The notes beneath the pieces are model-generated. The model ran no database searches. It had not been told where the DNA came from and saw only the letters and a list, made by a program, of their open reading frames with translations. Both the position numbers and the translations under genes were made by a program. From contig JAFGLL010000043.1 in the NCBI GenBank assembly GCA_016928095.1, positions 1 through 63,514 on the forward strand: DNA of 63,514 bases, read 5' to 3'. This document shows positions 59,064 to 63,514 of the stretch, piece by piece (position 1 is the first letter of the stretch; every line of letters starts with the position of its first letter). This DNA is from Thermoplasmatota archaeon (GTDB lineage: Archaea > Thermoplasmatota > Penumbrarchaeia > Penumbrarchaeales > Penumbrarchaeaceae).

Positions 59064-59339
59064 ATGGGAAAAAGATCTATGAAGGTTTATCGGTCCGGCG
59101 ACCAGATACATATTGCTGTCACAAGGAACTTCGAGGATACCGCCACGGACTTCTTCCGCTTCTGCAAGGACAATCACTACAACCCGTCCGAGGTCATCCG
59201 CTCCTGCATGGAGCAGTGGTTGAACAGACAGCAGAGGATCAAAGAGATGCTGGAAACCGACATCGAGATGGATGCCAGGATGGGAATGGAGAGGGAAAAA
59301 AGGTTCATTCAGAGGATGAAGGAGGAAGGCCTCTCCTGA
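59064..59339 (+). CDS. Small ribbon-helix-helix-like protein (paralog of 46276..46602)
   Basis: AGGAGG SD; YRSGDQIHIAVT...FCKDNHYNPSEVIRSCMEQWL. Confidence 0.78.
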   Translation: MGKRSMKVYRSGDQIHIAVTRNFEDTATDFFRFCKDNHYNPSEVIRSCMEQWLNRQQRIKEMLETDIEMDARMGMEREKRFIQRMKEEGLS

Positions 59340-59422
59340 TGGTTCGGTTTTCTTGCCACTCCCTAGACAATTTTTAAAATAGAAAGCGAGCAGCTATACC
59401 CTTCATTGGAGAAGTGGTGGCT

Positions 59423-60043
59423 ATGACCAGAGAGCTGGCTTGTTTCGGCATCGAGGACCTTGATCTGTTGGTCGGATCCGGTCTTCCCGGGGGATCCGTC
59501 ATCAATATCACCGGTCCGCCAGGCGTTGGTAAGACACATCTATCGCTCTCGTTCATCTCTGAAGGTCTCAGAGAAGAGGAGGCCTGTCTGCTCGTAGGTT
59601 TCACAACGGTCCCTCTGGTGAATGTCATAAGGAAACTCAGGGGCATCGGAAGGCTTGAGCCTCTTTTCACAACGGATGAGCCCATGATCATGGACCTGTT
59701 CGACCTCGATCGGGTAGATCTGCTGATGGGGCTCATCAGGGACGGTTCCCTTGACAGGCTGGTCTTGGACCATCCCGAAGCCATGGCACTGAGGGGTGCT
59801 GGAAAGTGGTTCACCATGCTTGAGGAGCTTCTGACAGCCGCCAGGGAATATGGGGTGACCACCCTTTTGGTGGATTACGACGTTGGTGCTCCTGGAGGGG
59901 TCGGAAGATATGTCTGTGACGGCATCGTTTCACTTTTCAAGGATAATGGGAGATGTTGCGCCAGGATCGATAAATGGGACACGGACCACGATCTTGTGGG
60001 TAGGGAGGCAATGGAGGAGGTGCCCGGGGCTTGGAGGAAATGA
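59423..60043 (+). CDS. KaiC/RAD55-like RecA-superfamily ATPase, degenerate
   Basis: GIEDLDLLVGSGLP, Walker A GPPGVGKT, RLVLD Walker B, G.TTLL. Confidence 0.8.
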   Translation: MTRELACFGIEDLDLLVGSGLPGGSVINITGPPGVGKTHLSLSFISEGLREEEACLLVGFTTVPLVNVIRKLRGIGRLEPLFTTDEPMIMDLFDLDRVDLLMGLIRDGSLDRLVLDHPEAMALRGAGKWFTMLEELLTAAREYGVTTLLVDYDVGAPGGVGRYVCDGIVSLFKDNGRCCARIDKWDTDHDLVGREAMEEVPGAWRK

Positions 60044-62016
60044 TACTTGACAGGTCCCGTCTTCTGTCCGTAAGGGGTATAGGTAAGGGAAGGCTCTCTG
60101 CCATAGAAAGGCAACTTGGAGGGGAAGCAGGTTTCGTCAAGGCACTGATCGAAGGGAACGTATCCATCATTTCCAGCATTGAAGGGATCTCTCAGAGAAT
60201 GGCGGTCGATCTCGTGCTCTCCTTCAAAGGCCTGGATCCCGGACACGTGCTGGGAACCGAGGCTTCGGGTCAGGTATACTGTTCGTTGATCGAGCTTCTC
60301 AGGGGACACATGCATACCGAAACCTCAAGGAACAGGGCTCTGCTCCTGGTGCCGGGAGGGGACCTGAAACAGAAGCAGAAGCTGGCAGAGGAAGTGTTCT
60401 CATGCAGGTCCCTTCTGGAGGGGAGGGACCGTGCCATGGTGGAGGAACTCCTGAGGGCGGTATCGAAAAAGCCAGGGGGAAAGCTCTCGGGAAGGAAGGA
60501 ACGGTATGTCATACTCGTGGAGGATGAGGAGGCATATCAGGGCATCAGGAGAAAAGGGCTTGATTCGACATGTCTCGTGATCACCCCGGACGAACTGTCC
60601 AGCGGTCTCGAAGGGGACATGGTGTATGTTTACAGCAGGAGGGAGCTGGATGAGGAACTCCTCCCGATAGTGGAAGCGGTCCACCATTCCAGCCCCGATA
60701 TCGAGATAGTGCCCGAGAGGTCAATGCAGGACCTTCTTCCCCAGCTCGAGAGGATCAGGGCCGTATCCGGTCTCAGATCGCTCTTCGGAGAAAAGACCTC
60801 CTGTGCGAGAGCGTTGGAGGTGATGGATGAGCTGTCAGCCATTTCGCAGGGACCCCTGGAACCCGATGAGGTACGGGGGAAGGTGGAGGAGATAAGGAAA
60901 GAGGTGGAAGCGTCCCTCAAAGTGGCGATATCGGGACTGACGCTTTCCGGCAACGACGCCCTCTCGATACTTTCCAGCGGGGAGACATTGCAGCTCAGGG
61001 AGATATACAGACAACATGCCAGGATGTCCGCTGATATGGTCCTCAGGTCTCTGGGCGTCAAAAAGGACCTATTCCGTATCAGGTATCCCCTGGAGATCGA
61101 GAATGAAGCTCTCGAGGATATGATCTCCTCAATGACGGAGAAGGCCGCGGTGGCGCGGTTCCGGAGAAAGGTCGAACTGGCAAGGGAACTCGCTGCTCTC
61201 AGGGACGAGGTCATGAGAGAGCTCGTATGGGCGGTCGACCTAGACTGGAATTGGGGGCTGGGGACTTTCGTGGAAGACCTTGCGCTGGCCCCCTTTCAGA
61301 TATGCCAGGGCTACCTTGCTCTGAAGGGTGCCGCCGACCTCCATCTCAGGGACCAGCGCCAGTACCAGAAGGTGGACTACCATCTTGGTGCGGTCCCTTC
61401 CGGGATGATGGAACTCTTCCCCCGCTTCGATGTATCCGATTCCAGGACCGCCATGCTAACGGGGGCGAACTCGGGCGGGAAGACCACGCTTCTGATGACC
61501 ATAGCACAGGTACTGATAATGGCGAGGATGGGACTCCCAGTTCCGGCGGAGAGGGCGTTCCTCCCCGATATTGACAGGGTATTCATCTACAGACCAAAGA
61601 GAAGGATGGATGCAGGCGGTCTCGAGGAGTTCCTGAAAGAGCTGCTACCCCTTTCCTTGAAGGCCGATGAAAGGTCCATCGTCCTCGCGGACGAGCTCGA
61701 GGCGATGACGGAGCTCGAGGCGGCATCCCGGATAATCGGGGTGTTCCTTGAGGAGCTCTCCGCAAGGGGTGCCTATTCTGTGGTGGTGACCCACATGGCG
61801 GACGAGATCGGGAAATATACCGGCTGCAGGGTGGATGGGATAGAGGCAAGAGGCCTTGATGAAAAGCATGATCTCATAGTGGACCGAACTCCGGTCATAG
61901 GGCTTCATGCCCGTTCGACCCCCGAGCTGATCCTGAAGAAACTGCACGCCAGGTCAAGAGGCGAGGATAAGGGAATCTATGAGAAGGTCCTCAAGAGCTT
62001 CCAGAACGGCGGGTGA
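60040..62016 (+). CDS. Archaeal MutS-like protein (N-terminal HhH plus MutS domain V ATPase; MutS5-type)
   Basis: HhH VRGIG and IEGIS; LTGANSGGKTT, AQVLIMARMGLPVPA, DAG, LADELEAMTE, VVVTH; ATGA overlap with the upstream gene. Confidence 0.88.
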   Translation: MILDRSRLLSVRGIGKGRLSAIERQLGGEAGFVKALIEGNVSIISSIEGISQRMAVDLVLSFKGLDPGHVLGTEASGQVYCSLIELLRGHMHTETSRNRALLLVPGGDLKQKQKLAEEVFSCRSLLEGRDRAMVEELLRAVSKKPGGKLSGRKERYVILVEDEEAYQGIRRKGLDSTCLVITPDELSSGLEGDMVYVYSRRELDEELLPIVEAVHHSSPDIEIVPERSMQDLLPQLERIRAVSGLRSLFGEKTSCARALEVMDELSAISQGPLEPDEVRGKVEEIRKEVEASLKVAISGLTLSGNDALSILSSGETLQLREIYRQHARMSADMVLRSLGVKKDLFRIRYPLEIENEALEDMISSMTEKAAVARFRRKVELARELAALRDEVMRELVWAVDLDWNWGLGTFVEDLALAPFQICQGYLALKGAADLHLRDQRQYQKVDYHLGAVPSGMMELFPRFDVSDSRTAMLTGANSGGKTTLLMTIAQVLIMARMGLPVPAERAFLPDIDRVFIYRPKRRMDAGGLEEFLKELLPLSLKADERSIVLADELEAMTELEAASRIIGVFLEELSARGAYSVVVTHMADEIGKYTGCRVDGIEARGLDEKHDLIVDRTPVIGLHARSTPELILKKLHARSRGEDKGIYEKVLKSFQNGG

Positions 62017-62027
62017 ACGACGGAACA

Positions 62028-62747
62028 TCAGAGCCTATCCGATCCAGCCTGAAGCTCCAGGATCTTCTCCCAGGTCGCTATCTCCACGTTGAGGTCCTTC
62101 ATCAGGCCTCCGATGCAGTAGAGGTTGATGAGTATTGCAGAGGCATACAGGACCTCAAGGTAAACGACGATTATCGTCTCGGTGGGGGCATCCTCGAAGC
62201 GGAATGACGCCAGAAGCGGCAGGAAGCTGAACAGGAGCACGACCAGAGGGATGGCGGACAGTCTCGCTCTCTTCAGGCCTTTTTCGTTCCCCAGCTGTGA
62301 GAGTGCTTTGGCAGGGATGTCTATGACCTGCCATTTGAGAATATAGAAAGCGAATATGATCCCGGAAGAGACTAGGAGTAAAGTGAACGTCTCCACTACC
62401 TCCTCGCGCTTGAAGACAATGGCTGCTGCAACGATGAAGGAGCAGACGAGTAGGACCGGGAATATCAAGTAGTGAGTTCTCCAACCCCTGATGGTTTCCT
62501 TCGCACTCTCCCGTCCAATGCTGGACCTTAAGGAGACCCTCACACCCGTCATAGCGATGACGGCTATCAGATCGATGGCCCCCCCCAATACGATGAAGAG
62601 CATCCCTGGATACAGAACATAGAAGCCCTGTGTGAAGAGCTCCTCCGTGAAAAGAGAGAGGATGTATGCCCCCACAAGAAAGGAGATGAGAATGACAACC
62701 ATTAGGGCCAGGGCATAGAACACGGTGAGCGTTATGAGTGTTGCCAC
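62028..62747 (-). CDS. Hypothetical multi-pass membrane protein
   Basis: About 6 hydrophobic segments; no family recognised. Confidence 0.7.
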   Translation of the reverse strand: MATLITLTVFYALALMVVILISFLVGAYILSLFTEELFTQGFYVLYPGMLFIVLGGAIDLIAVIAMTGVRVSLRSSIGRESAKETIRGWRTHYLIFPVLLVCSFIVAAAIVFKREEVVETFTLLLVSSGIIFAFYILKWQVIDIPAKALSQLGNEKGLKRARLSAIPLVVLLFSFLPLLASFRFEDAPTETIIVVYLEVLYASAILINLYCIGGLMKDLNVEIATWEKILELQAGSDRL

Positions 62748-62773
62748 CAGTCCCTTGAGGGCTCCGATCCTGC

Positions 62774-63514
62774 TTATATGAGCACCCCCCAGAGCATCAG
62801 GACGAAATTGAGGACGATGAACGAGAGGTATGTCATTTTATATATCCTCCTCTCGAGATCATCCTCGATATGCCTCTTTCCCGAGAACGGGTCCTCCACG
62901 ATAAAGAGGTAGGCGACCGGAGCGGAGATCACCAGGTTGAGGCTTGCAACTGCGAGGTTCCGCTTTGTGAATGTTCTGAACCTTATATTATCGGAACTCG
63001 CCTTCGCCGTCAGCTTCAGAAGGAAGAGCCATAGCAGCAGTTCGAAGATGACGGCGAAGAGAAGGGAGGCCCACACAGTGTTCCAGTGTATGAACCTCGA
63101 GGCGGATGAAGACAATCTCTCCGAAAAGGCTGCATTTTCGATCGAGGCTTCGAGGTCGTCCTCTGGATTTGCGTCGAAGTATTCGAATATGTAATAGTGT
63201 CCGTCATCCATGAAGGCCGAGTGTGAGGGGGCCAGGTTCGGTTCCAGGGACCGCCCTTTCGGAACTCTTGCGATGATAATGGTCTCCTGGATGGGATTCT
63301 CCCATCCCTTCGAGGTCCCGAGTGGGAAGTATAGGTCTCCCTCGTCAAGGAGCGTTGTGACCGATAGAGTGTGCCCCTGGAAGTCCGTGAATCCGTAAAC
63401 GGCGAAGATGAGGGATTCCATCTTCCCGAGGATATCGAACGGAGTATAGTAATGGTCCCATTCCCACCTGTCCATGTGATCGTACCATTCATCGATCTCG
63501 TACTGGTCCATATC
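62774..63514 (-). CDS. Hypothetical membrane protein, 5' end probably beyond the window
   Basis: Frame stays open to the window edge (GAT precedes the ATG in frame); three C-terminal TM helices. Confidence 0.65.
   Translation of the reverse strand, partial: DMDQYEIDEWYDHMDRWEWDHYYTPFDILGKMESLIFAVYGFTDFQGHTLSVTTLLDEGDLYFPLGTSKGWENPIQETIIIARVPKGRSLEPNLAPSHSAFMDDGHYYIFEYFDANPEDDLEASIENAAFSERLSSSASRFIHWNTVWASLLFAVIFELLLWLFLLKLTAKASSDNIRFRTFTKRNLAVASLNLVISAPVAYLFIVEDPFSGKRHIEDDLERRIYKMTYLSFIVLNFVLMLWGVLI

Noticed and set aside
59064-60043. RHH plus ATPase as a toxin-antitoxin or plasmid partition module
   Set aside because: The ATPase is KaiC/RecA-type rather than ParA or a toxin, and a separate TATA-like element (TTTTTAAA ~59371) lies between the genes.
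1-63514. Stop-codon recoding (pyrrolysine or selenocysteine)
   Set aside because: TAG and TGA end conserved genes at their expected positions (prf1 and the dehydrogenase with TAG, rps2 and rpl40e with TGA); no split conserved genes were seen.
1-63514. tRNA, rRNA, CRISPR array, IS element or provirus
   Set aside because: Intergenic gaps are short and show no cloverleaf, regularly spaced repeats, transposase or integrase by eye; tRNAscan-SE and Infernal would be needed to exclude them fully.

Overview
Archaeal chromosomal segment, gene-dense, most consistent with an uncultured Thermoplasmatota lineage (inferred from the Kae1-Bud32 fusion, Alba, aRF1 with a Zn-ribbon insert, long-form TrpRS and large acidic surface proteins). 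Housekeeping genes include rps2, rpoK, rpl40e (missed by the ORF track), rpl44e-rps27e-aIF2alpha-nop10-PAC2, prf1, trpS, pyrF, pyrH, coaD, rnhB, mptE, rdgB and mvk. These are interleaved with (i) a lipid-linked glycosylation cluster (GT2, three different GT-C membrane transferases including a YfhO-like protein, a putative flippase, UDP-glucose dehydrogenase) next to a seven-repeat FG-GAP surface protein truncated at the left edge, (ii) three ~1000-1300 aa type I membrane surface proteins sharing an Asp-rich Ca-binding module, two with LPP-repeat cytoplasmic tails, (iii) a ~1290 aa beta-repeat protein plus a small anchored partner divergent from mevalonate kinase, (iv) two paralogous ribbon-helix-helix-like small proteins, and (v) a degenerate KaiC/RAD55-like ATPase translationally coupled to an archaeal MutS-like protein. 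No tRNA, rRNA, CRISPR array or mobile element was recognised by eye. All family calls come from motif recognition, not database searches.
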